Part shown: piece after piece, positions 53,601-64,000 of the stretch | Layout of the letters: each line of letters begins with the position of its first letter | Numbering within the stretch: position 1 is the first letter of the stretch | Assembly: GCF_006345805.1 (NCBI RefSeq) | Contig: NW_021833575.1 | Span: 1 to 64,000, forward strand | Direction: 5' to 3' | Length of the DNA stretch: 64,000 bases | From: Octopus sinensis | Lineage: Eukaryota | Program-made: the position numbers and the translations under genes | The notes under the pieces: generated by a model | Database searches by the model: none | What the model was told of the DNA's origin: nothing | The model's input: the letters and a program-made list of their open reading frames with translations, nothing else

Positions 53601-54575
53601 AAAATCTCTCTCATATATAGTGTTTACCGAAATAAGCATAGAGTTTGATGATTTTAACCCACGCTGGTGGAAAGGGGAGAACAGAGATTCTTCGCTTGCT
53701 TATTTTGAATTTGTTGGCACTGTTAGTTGGGAGCAGATCTTCGAGAGGGTATGTTCTTATTTTCAGTGTTTCCAAATCCAAACCAAGGAATTTCCGAGCC
53801 GATGATAGAAATGTTGTTTTGACTAATCTTGAAACGTACGTTCTCGAATAACCTTAGCATTTGATTTTTCGATGTCATTACCCCCAAACTTTTGTGAGTT
53901 AAATTATGCAAACACTATATATGAGAGAGATTTTCTTTAAGTATTAGAAATAGCCTTAAAAAAGTTTTTTAGCTGCTATTTCTAATGAGTTCAGTATGCG
54001 GCAAAGTAATTTATTTTACTAAGCCCTTTTATATAATGTAATAATTTGAATTCGCCTTGAATGGTCCCTTTGCATACTGAACACTTGGTGAAATTGATTA
54101 ATAATTAATTAATTTTGCCCTCAATTGTTGAAATTATAATTAATCTCCCTCTGATTAATGCTTCGGACTTTACCGAAATAAGCATAGAGTTTGATGATTT
54201 TAACCCACGCTGGTGGAAAGGGGAGAACAGAGATTCTTCGCTTGCTTATTTTGAATTTGTTGGCACTGTTAGTTGGGAGCAGATCTTCGAGAGGGTATGT
54301 TCTTATTTTCAGTGTTTCCAAATCCAAACCAAGGAATTTCCGAGCCGATGATAGAAATGTTGTTTTGACTAATCTTGAAACGTACGTTCTCGAATAACCT
54401 TAGCATTTGATTTTTCGATGTCATTACCCCCAAACTTTTGTGAGTTAAATTATGCAAACACTATATATGAGAGAGATTTTCTTTAAGTATTAGAAATAGC
54501 CTTAAAAAAGTTTTTTAGCTGCTATTTCTAATGAGTTCAGTATGCGGCAAAGTAATTTATTTTACTAAGCCCTTT

Positions 54576-54583
<8 letters not shown>
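50662..54583. repeat. 546-bp tandem array: 5 direct units + partial 6th, then ~1.75 inverted units
   Basis: CAACAATTGAGGGC at 50671, 51217, 51763, 52309, 52854 and 53405; orientation flips at 53623-53625 (TTT microhomology); (TA)n on both sides. Confidence 0.97.
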
Positions 54584-54623
<40 letters not shown>

Positions 54624-54680
54624 TTAGTGAATGGAAGAAATGGAGTTGAACGAAGATTGTACAGAATTCCTTTTATTACA

Positions 54681-54760
54681 TTCTACACATGTTTCAAAGG
54701 CCACAATTTTCCAAATTCTGATTAAATAAGGATACCATATTGCAGCTTTCTCTTCAGGAA
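54681..54760 (-). ncRNA. Type I hammerhead ribozyme in the 3' pseudo-LTR (sense to the RT)
   Basis: ttc-CTGAAGA-gaaagctgcaat..attgtggccttt-GAAAC-atgt-GTA-gaa; 12-bp stem II with one mismatch. Confidence 0.75.
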
Positions 54761-55357
54761 AAAACAGGAATTCCGTTGACAGAACAAAACAAAACAGAGG
54801 CGTAGCAAAGCAATTCGAACGAGGACGCTCCTTAACAGCCCATGGTTAAACTGTTTATCAATGTACGTTGAAATCGGGGGGTTGGTGCGTTGAAAATATT
54901 TACAGGTCAGGCGGCGGTCAAAACTAGTAGGTGAGAACAAGGGGTGTGGAGGTGTTCTGTGTGACCAAAACTAATGTTCTGAATACTTTAAGAATACAGG
55001 GTGTATTTTTGGGGGCGAGACAAAAACTACCTAAAAGCATGTATGTGTATACTGGCCTATGTGTGCGCGGCCGTATGTTGGCGAGGGGCGCTACATAATG
55101 ATCACTGCTGAAAAAACCTGTCAGGCGGCTGAAAAAAATTTTTGTGTTCGTGTGTTCGTCTAGGCCTGCTTGTCAAAAATTAACATCGTCAAAGAATCCT
55201 AAGGGTATATATAATTCCAGCGTTTGCTTCCAAAAAAAACCACCAATCGCCTAATGGGAGTAATTTCCCCTTGCAAGAGTTATTCATAGATTTTTTAAAA
55301 AGCTTTTTCAAAAATTATTTCCAAAGATTATTTTCATTTTAGTAGGGTAACAAGGTG

Positions 55358-57147
55358 TTAATTGGGATTAGCTTCTGATATTAATACTGCGTTACTGTTA
55401 CTATATTGACTGTGAGAACTGCGGCCGCTTACTACATTATATTCCTCATTATCACTATTAATTAACGGACTAACCCCTGTGTATTCCCTATCACTGAGAA
55501 CGCTGTAATTGCTAGTATCCGTGGACCTGCTATTGCCGGAAACGATGCTAAAGTTGCTATTAGGACTCTCTACATTAATGACCCGAACTGCGCTCATCTC
55601 CCTATTACCATTACTAACGTTATTGACATCACCATTTCTTCTATCGCTAATCCTATTATTTAATCCCTGGTTGGTACTGAGATTATCAGTCACTGTACTG
55701 GCTCTTTTATCATTATTACTACTATTATTATTCCTACTGCGCGTTAAACTGGGATCGGACGGAGCTGCGCCTCCGGACAAAGGTGGTAGGGTCTTAATAA
55801 GCAGCCTATTATTATGGGAGGCGATTATCTGGGAAAGGTTTTTTGTGTTGGAGAAAGCTATCCTAACTTTATGTGAATTAACCGTGGTGTAATATTTGGA
55901 ATTTCTGGGGAAGTTACTGGCAATGGCTTGTCGAAACAGGAGGGGAAGGTTAGTTCTAATCTGCTTACCAAAGGGAATTACAAACCAGATATGTTTATTC
56001 CTATTTTTGTGATGGGTCTGGAAGCCAGCTCTGACATTAGGGTGGGTGATTCTAGGATGAATAAAAGGTTTTGGTTTAGTATGACCTCCCTCGGACCGAA
56101 AATTATCTATGTTCCCTAAATTAAATCCGGAAGTACCTGCTCCAACACTCCCCCCGCTCCCATCACTACTTAAATTATTTATGTTATTATAGACGGCCCT
56201 ATCCTGATGACCGAATGGTGGCATCGGAAGGGCTGGATCAATATATACTACCTTCTGCCTATAACCGGCTTTGGATAGTGCGGCGTTATAAAATTCCGCT
56301 TTCTGCATAAAAATGTCGACACTAGCGGACAAGTTAGACAATCTTAGAGAGATGTTTTTAACCAAATTGTCTGTTACAGTTTTGGCATGATTGGAGAAGA
56401 CACTGACATACTTTAAATTAGTGGAAGGCTTATGGTAAGGGAAGTATGAATCGCTATGGAGGTTTAGTGTGACGTCTAGGAAATTAGCCTTGGTGAATTC
56501 ATTATCAAAAACTATATTCATGCCCATTCTATTAAAGAACCTAGCTAACCTATTTTTAGTTTTCTGTACGATTCTGTTCGTGGTGTTTTGCAGGTAAAAC
56601 AGACAATCGTCACGATACAGGCCGCCCGCGATATCCGGGAATTGGTCGGATAATTCGTAGGGAATATAGATTCCGACCAAATCGGTTATCTGCGCACTAT
56701 CCGAACTACCCATAGGCACATCGAATTCATTGGGAGTATCTTTACGAATCCACAACTTATTTTCAAACTTTATAAATGATTTTCTGGCAACTAAAATAAT
56801 ATCAATTTCTTCTCTAGTGAGGCCTGCCTTGTTGTGAGCATGCCACAGGGTCTTATTTAGTACACTAGGGTTAATCGAGGGGTAGAAGCTGGCGATATCA
56901 AACTGAATGAACCTAGTACGGTTCTTATTGGGGATGGAAGAGAACCACTTCACTACCTGCGAGAGGTAGCCCAGAGGCTAAGCTTCAGCTTATTTACTAA
57001 ACTAGGGATATATTTATCTAAAATATACTTACTGATGGTCCCGATATCGGAACTAGCAGGGCATATGAGTCTTAACGCTGGGTTGGTGTAGAAATTCGGT
57101 TTGTGGTCCTTCACTATGAATCTAGGTTTACTCGGAAAAGAGATCAA
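55358..57147 (-). pseudogene. Naiad-type PLE reverse transcriptase, one frameshift, no GIY-YIG
   Basis: KPRFIVKDHKPNF..LRLICPASSDIGTISK; FIQFDIASFYPSI; FDVPMGSSDSAQITDLVGIY; GLYRDD; NFLDVTLNL; YHKP..YV..SNH; IWF..PF..SHNNRLL. Removing one TC repeat at ~56965 restores LWATSQVVKWF. Confidence 0.88.
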
Positions 57148-57365
57148 GAAGAATTATAGAACAACTAATTGGAGCACATTGAGGAAAGTAATCTTGGAGA
57201 TTAAGGAAATAATGTTTAAATACGGAATTCAAATGAGAACGCAGCCGCTTAGCCCTAAACAACATTGATAAACAGTTTAACCATGGGCTCTTAAGGAGCG
57301 TCCTCGTTCGAATTGCTTTGCTACGCCTCTGTTTTGTTTTGTTCTGTCAACGGAATTCCTGTTTT

Positions 57366-57445
57366 TTCCTGAAGAGAAAGCTGCAATATGGTATCCTTAT
57401 TTAATCAGAATTTGGAAAATTGTGGCCTTTGAAACATGTGTAGAA
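57366..57445 (+). ncRNA. Type I hammerhead ribozyme in the inverted pseudo-LTR
   Basis: Identical to 54681-54760 on the opposite strand. Confidence 0.75.
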
Positions 57446-57692
57446 TGTAATAAAAGGAATTCTGTACAATCTTCGTTCAACTCCATTTCTTCCATTCACT
57501 AATAATATTAAACTTCAATTATCCGCACCAACGCACGGTTGCAACACCAAATGGTCTTATCGCCAACCGTGCTTTTTTCTGCTGTGATTTTTGCTACCCA
57601 GGTATCGGTTAAACTTTTGAATAATCTGTAACAAGAAAATTCATCTTTCTATTTCAACAAACATATATATATATATATATATATAAATCGTG

Positions 57693-58036
57693 GCACTCCG
57701 TCGGTTACGACGACGAGGGTTCCAGTTGATCCAATCAACGGAACAGCCTGCTCGTGAAATTTACGTGCAAGTGGCTGAGCACTCCACAGACACGTGTACC
57801 TTTGACGTAGTTCTCGGGGAGATTTAGCGTTACGGGTACAACAGAAAAAGGAAGAAAGAGTGAGAGAAAGTTGTGAGGAAAGAGTACTGCAGGGTTCGCC
57901 ACCACCCCTGCCGGAGCCTCGTATACCTTTAGGTGTTTTCGCTCAATAAACATTTACAACGCCAGATCTGGGAATCGAAACTGCGATCTTACGACCACGA
58001 GTCCGCTGCCCTAACCGCTGGGTCATTGCGCCTCCA
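57693..58036 (-). mobile_element. SINE family E
   Basis: Homologous to 11402-11772. Confidence 0.9.
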
Positions 58037-58365
58037 CCCCACCCCACACACATATATATTTATATTTATATTTATATATATATGTATATATATCGTTGCT
58101 ATTATGCAAAAGTGTCATAGGTCCAAAACGTTACTTTTTCAGAAACCGAAAAAAAAATTGTTTCACCATTCTATTGCAAAATTGTTGTTACTACACTTTA
58201 ACAAGTTTTGATATCTTGGCAACTAAAGCAGCTGAAAATATAATAGTTTGACCAAAAGAACCGGCTATTGCAAAAGTATTCAAAAAATTACATTTGGCCA
58301 AGTATACAGAGAGAGACAGAGGGAGAGAGATAAGGGTACATAAATTCCATATACCCTCACATATA

Positions 58366-59169
58366 CAGGAGTTGGGACAAAACAAATAAAACGTCTAGTA
58401 TCATAGCATCATAATTTTGAAATATCTATAAAACTGTCAAAAGCTTGTTTATTTTTCTGTATTTTGATTTATTATTAGTGTTGCATAATATGTTTTGCTA
58501 AAATTGCTGTTTCTTTTCAGATATCAGAAAAAGGTAATTAAAATTCGTTAAAATGACAGATCTATCAAACTTTCAAAGAGGTCAAATTGTTGGTGCTAGC
58601 GTAACGAAAATAGCCGAAATATTTGGTGTATCAAGAAGTACTGTCTCGAAAGTAATGACAGCCTTTGAGAAAGAGGGAAAAACCTCGTCGAAACAAAGCT
58701 CCGGAAGAAAACCAAAACTTTCAGATAGGGACCGTCGGACTTTTACGCGAATTGTTAGAAAGGATCACAAAAGTATTGCTGAGCTTAACGACTACCTCGC
58801 TATCTTTCAGGATGATAATGCACCAATTCACACAGCTAAAGTTGTTACTGAATGGCACGAGGGGCATTCTAGTGAAGTTGAACATCTTATCTGGCCACCA
58901 CAGTCCCCAGATCTCAATATTATTGAACATTTATGGTGCATTTTAGAAAAAAAGTAAGGAGTCGATATCCTCCACCATCATCACTACAAGAACTGGAGAC
59001 ATGTTTTAGCTGAAGAATGGACAAAAATTCCTTTGGAAACGATTCAAACTTTGTACGGGTCCATACCTCGTAGAATTCAAGCTGTAATTACCAACAAAGG
59101 TGGTCCTACCCCATATTAAAATTAATTTGTTTGAAATTTTAAGATGTTTCCATAATTTTGTCCAACCTG
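58366..59169 (+). mobile_element. Internally deleted Tc1-like transposon
   Basis: TA|CAGGAGTTGGGACAAAA .. TTTTGTCCAACCTG|TA; ORF from 58553: MTDLSNFQRGQIVGA..GVSRSTVSKV..GRKPKLSDRDRR..FQDDNAPIH..WPPQSPDLNIIEHLW; frameshifted tail ..SIPRRIQAVITNKGGPTPY* at 59118. Confidence 0.92.
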
Positions 59170-59252
59170 TATATATACAGATACATACAGAGAGAGAGAG
59201 AGAGAGAATACATAAATCACATCTATTCTCTGTGTGTGTGTGTGTGTGTGTG

Positions 59253-59293
<41 letters not shown>

Positions 59294-59459
59294 ACACCTA
59301 CAAGCAAACGTGTGTGTAATTAGAGTGAGGATAGATTTTTTTTAAAGAGCGGAAATAATGAACGCAGAAGAGGAATCGCAGAAACACATATACGTGATTG
59401 AGTTAGCAAATCTTTTAAATTGGATGATCACGTTTGGTTCTTGCTGTTCCATAAACGTT

Positions 59460-59769
59460 TAGGTGATGGTTGTAGGTTGTGATGGTAGTGGTAGCGGTGG
59501 TTAATAATGCTAGTAGTGATAGTGGTAGCTAGTGTAGTTGTTAGTAGTGGTGGCGGTGATGGTGTTGGTGATGGCGTTATTACTCCTTCGTGTTGTTGTA
59601 GTTTGTGGCAGCGATGAAGGCAGTGGTGACGGACTCAGTGGTGGACTTGGTGGCGGTGGTGCTACTGGGGATGGCACGAGTGGTTGTGGTGATGTTGTGA
59701 CCAAGGTGGTAGCTGTAGTGGCAGAGGTTGTCATTAGTAGTGGTGGTTGAGCGTATATTGTGGGCGTTA

Positions 59770-59813
<44 letters not shown>

Positions 59814-59845
59814 ATAGTAGTAGTAGTAGTACTAGTAGAAGCAGT

Positions 59846-59895
<50 letters not shown>

Positions 59896-59930
59896 TAGTA
59901 GTAGTAGCAATGATGGTATTGCTGTTGCGT
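59460..59930. repeat. (GGT)n/(TAG)n/(CAG)n trinucleotide tract
   Basis: Direct reading. Confidence 0.9.
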
Positions 59931-60074
59931 CTGTTTCTCAAGCTTTTATAAAATTCCTGGCTTATGATTTCAAGTATTCCATCCGTGACGGTTCCGTCTG
60001 TTTATGATTATACATCATTATCTACTATGTCTTCCCTACTCTTAAATCTTCGAATTGGCTGCTATTTCTCGCAT

Positions 60075-62600
60075 GTTGGCCACCAGACGGGCATCCCCCA
60101 AAGGTCTCCGTCACTGGCTGAAGTTTATTCCCATGATCAAAGACGTTCCAGCCATAGCTACTCTGGCATTTTATGAACTATGTCTCCCGGACTACAATAT
60201 TCGATATGCCCTCTATTATGGGAACAGCATGTGGTTTCATAGATACTTGACTGCTATTACTCGTAAGTTCTGTGTCCATTAGTTCTGTCAAGTTTTGTAA
60301 TTTGCTTATTTCATAAGCACCGATAGAGGAACAAGGATCAAATAGCCGTAAACTAATTGACTCAAACGTTAAGGCTCTTTTGAGGGCATAAAACCATTTG
60401 TTGTTAATAATGGCACCGATTAATGCCCTCAATACTAACTGCCTAATCCGGCTCCTCACAAGCCAAAAGTGACTTGTTGAGTTTCCAGTAGCCGGGTCTC
60501 TGACTACATAACCTAAGTCTCGTCTACAGGTTACAAATTTGGGATCACTGTAGCTGACGTGGTGAAATTGTGGACACTTAACTAGCTCTTTATCTTTAAT
60601 CCTAACTATTATCCTGTATAAATAAGATCTAGACGGCCTGTCGCTATTAGCCCACGTCCACAAGGAGCGTTCGTGAAGTCTAATTTGTATCGATCTGCCG
60701 GTTGAAAACGGCTGTGCAGATCTCTGAGGCAAGATTTTCTCTTCCTGTTAGTATTCGAGCCAACACAATCTACACGTGCATCGCAAATTGTGTTAAAATC
60801 TCCTAACAACTATAAAATATGTGACGTTCCTAGAAAATTTTGAAATAATCCTACTGTCCCGCTTCGCTAGGCGCGTAGACAGCCACCATCCTGAAGGTTT
60901 TACGACTGTGGTACGTCACATCAAGGACGGTCAACCTGCCGTCCGGGTCAACAAAGATTGTTCCTTCTCTAAAACTAAATTTTTCCCGAGCAGAACTGCG
61001 GCACCTCCCCACCCTCCAGATTCCTATGGAGAAATGAATTTCTCGTAGCCATTTAGGAGGGGTGAAAAGGCTCACAGTCCGCTTAGTTTGGTTTCTGTAA
61101 CAACTCCCAGATCCAGTTTGTGCGACCTGAGGTCGTTAAGGAGGCGACCTTTCTTCCAATCCGACCCCAGGCCGCGCACATTTATACGCATTGAGTGAGA
61201 AGAAAAGGAAACGGCTTACCTTAGCGTAGGTGGAACGGTAATCCCACCTCGTCCAATTAAACGGAGCTTGTGGGGTTTCCATAATTAATCCCTCGAAGAT
61301 TTGGGGTGAGAAGTCCTTTCTCAAAGGACACATGTCAGATGGGAAGTCTCCTTTTAAAACTCTATAGTTCATATTGTCAATCACAAAAAGTTTAATCTGA
61401 GCAGAGATTGAACTCTGCGTGGGCTTATAATTTTTATTTGAAGTATTTTTTCAATTTCCTTTTCAAGATCCTTATTTGAGATGTTAACAGCCATGATGTT
61501 TGAATGAGTGTGTGCTTTGGCGGGTGGGTAGTGTGGGGTTTGTGAGTTTTGTGTCTACAGTTTATTTGCATGTCCCGAAGTCTAACATCTCTCCCTATCT
61601 TCTCCAACCGCACATTCCAAGTGACCTCAGCGAAACTTTTTAAACCAATTTATCACTTTAAAAGTCTTTTTTTTTTTTTGTTACAGTTTTGCAGGCAATG
61701 CATCGGTGTTAATTTCCATTTGTAAGGCCTAATATTCCCTCCGAACGTCTCTTGAATTTTATTCTAGTGTTCTCTTCCAATGAGTCCATATTTCACATGT
61801 GCAGGATATCCTTTGTACCCAGGAATATCTATTTTTACCAAGTTCTCTATTTTTTCTAACTCCTCCATCAGTCCTTCTATCGAGTCATTATACAGAATGC
61901 AACACATTCCACGGGGTGAGGGCTGGAGAAATTGCGGTTCTTGCTTGTTTGCTAGTGTACCTATAGGGGCAGGGATGGGCACTCTGTCTGGTGGGGCAAG
62001 GTGAGGGTTGGTGTTGGTAGGTGGGCAGAATGGGGTAGGGGGATTAACATCAATAGATTGTGTACTTCTTGTCCTCTTTCTCTTCTTTTTACTGACCGTT
62101 TTCCACTCATTCTTCGTTTCTTCCTCCACTCGGTCCTACTTCCTTTCCTTTTCGTCGTAGGAGGTGGCGGTGCGATTTCCTCTCCAATCGGTAGTGCCGC
62201 TGGTTCATTCACAGGCGGCGGAGGGTACTCCGTTCTAATGTAGCTTTTCTGGTCACACTTGTAACAACGGGGCTTCCTGCCCTCCACAATAACCCTACGT
62301 CACCCACCGTTATGGTGACGACTATCCTCTCCAGGTCCACTGGAGCAGCCTCGATGACCATCTCCAGGCCATGCCAATTTCTCAGAGCTATTCCTGTCGC
62401 CTGGAGAACCACAATCCTCTGTTCTAATCCTAACAATATCGCCGCCACAAGCCAGGCAACATCGACCTCCGGAGGGATTTTTTCCACCCTTACCCTGGAA
62501 GCACGTCTTCCAAGGTAAATTGACAGAAAAACCACTTCGTCTGTCCCAAGGGAGGTCACAGAATGTTGCCTGGCTTTCTCCTTGACTTGCAACCGACGGA
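60075..62600 (-). mobile_element. L1/Tx1-like LINE: ORF1 plus APE endonuclease, 3' part (RT) missing
   Basis: ORF1: RRASRVRVEKIPPEVDVAWLVAAIL.., decayed zinc knuckle CYKCDQKSYIRTEY. ORF2 from ~61191: INVRGL..LDLGVVTETKL, VAVYAP, LGDFN, WTWANS..RSYLYRI, SYSDPKFV. Many frameshifts and stops. Confidence 0.85.
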
Positions 62601-62994
62601 GTGCCTATATATTATCACTATTAAGACAGTAGGATTTAATGAGGGAGATATTGATCCAAGGCTTACATCATAGTTTTCCAATAATTTTGTAGATTTTATC
62701 ATTACTTTAGTAATTACGTCGCAAAGAATTACTCTGAAACTTGTCCGAAGTTGTCTCCCGTTACTTTGCTGTAAACTGCAAAGATCAGCCATTGGCTATG
62801 TTTCGTGTTCTTTCCTCACAGCATAATAACTTCTAATTATCATTTAATACTCCCTAAGTTAAATACGTTAACACTAACTTCATTCTCACCACATGAATAA
62901 CTGTAATTAACATTTTAATACTCCTTGTTAGTGCTTAAATATCTTTCATACAGCTGGGTGTTTCACTTCCTGTCACCAATCGTATTATGATCGG

Positions 62995-63420
62995 TAAGGC
63001 GACGAGATGGCAGAATCGTTAGCACGCCGGGCAAAATACTTAGCGGAATTTTGTCTTTACATTCTGTGTTCAAATTCCGCCCAGATTGACTTTTTGCCTT
63101 TCATCCTTTGAGGGTCGATAAAATAAGTACCCGTTGAGCACTGGGGTTCGACGTAGTCGACTCTCTCCCGTTCCCAAATTTCAGGCCTTGTGCCAATAGT
63201 AGAAAGGAATATTATTATGATCGTTAAGGCGGCAATCTAGTAGAAAAGTTAGCAGACCGGTCAAAATGCTTAGCATCGTTTCGTCCGTATTTAGACTTCA
63301 AATTTCCCCGAGACTGACTTTCGGGGCCGGTAAAATAAGGACCACTTAAACACTGGGATCTATGTAATCGACTTACCCCTTACCTGAATCTGCTGGTCTT
63401 GGGCCACATTTTGAAACCAA
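62995..63420 (+). mobile_element. Two tandem SINE family B-like units
   Basis: AAGGCG..GGCAGAATCGTTAGCA..GCCTTTCATCCTTT..GTCGATAAAATAAGTAC blocks. Confidence 0.8.
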
Positions 63421-63549
63421 TATTTTTATGATCAATCAAGATCGATATTATGAATCAAAATATGTAAATTTGTATTGATTCCATTTATAATAGCATTTCA
63501 ATCCCTGTTACGAGAAAATTCAGTAAGCTCGTCCCCATACATACTCACG

Positions 63550-63580
<31 letters not shown>

Positions 63581-64000
63581 GTACATATACATGCACACAC
63601 ACACACACGTACATATACAAAGCACACGTCCGCACACATTCATATACGAACACAAACACACACATGTATATATCAATGTGTATGCGTGTGTATACGACTG
63701 TGTGACTGTATGAGTGTGTTCGCGTACGTGTGAGCATGTTTGTGTGTGTGTATGCGTGTGTTTGGGAAAGGATTTGGGGGGGGGAGAGAGAAAGAGTATG
63801 GAGGAAAGAAAGAAAGAAGGAAGAAAGAAAAGAAGGAAGGAAGGCGAGAAGAACGTCTGTACAGTGGATGGCGGATCCAAAATCCTTCATTTGCGGACGA
63901 AACGTAACACACACAAACACACGCACAAACATGCACACACACATACACACAGACACATAAATACATGCATCAATATATTGTCTGTGTATATATGTATACA

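Larger units (their letters stand above)
54624..57660 (-). mobile_element. Penelope-like retroelement (Naiad-type RT), 5'-truncated with inverted pseudo-LTR
   Basis: RT ORF between 241-bp inverted repeats at 54624-54864 and 57262-57502 (one mismatch seen); (TA)n at both ends. Confidence 0.88.

Noticed and set aside
55150-55290. Possible frameshifted GIY-YIG start (NSCKGKLLPLGDW..GIIYTLRI) after the RT stop
   Set aside because: No YIG motif or conserved Arg/Glu downstream in the frames I read; probably chance. An HMM scan should confirm.
55358-57147. Selenocysteine readthrough, reported for some Naiads
   Set aside because: The ORF ends in TAA and the upstream break is a frameshift; no in-frame TGA at a Cys position.
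62670-62775. Open 102-nt stretch on minus between AG and GTAAGC
   Set aside because: Weak acceptor and no recognisable peptide; insufficient to call an exon.

Overview
Eukaryotic, AT-rich, microsatellite-saturated intronic/intergenic DNA. The SINE families and the (TA)n/(TACA)n/(CA)n load look like an octopus (coleoid cephalopod) genome; this is recognition, not a database hit. No host protein-coding gene can be called with confidence, and most long ORFs in the track are translated microsatellites. Recognisable content: dozens of tRNA-derived SINEs (three families); decayed mariner/Tc1 transposons and a MITE; fragments of RTE, CR1-like, L1/Tx1-like and RLE-type LINEs; a solo LTR; a half tRNA-Gln. 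The most interesting layer is Penelope-like retroelement (PLE) material: (i) a Naiad-type PLE reverse transcriptase (55.4-57.1 kb, minus) between 241-bp inverted pseudo-LTRs that each carry a type I hammerhead ribozyme (HHR), with no GIY-YIG endonuclease visible; (ii) a near-identical 546-bp tandem array with an internal inversion (50.7-54.6 kb); (iii) an ~830-bp tandem repeat with a non-canonical HHR-like motif (46.3-48.3 kb); (iv) many small (TA)n-embedded foldback elements, several with HHR cores. All alignments and folds were done by eye; coordinates of decayed repeats are approximate.
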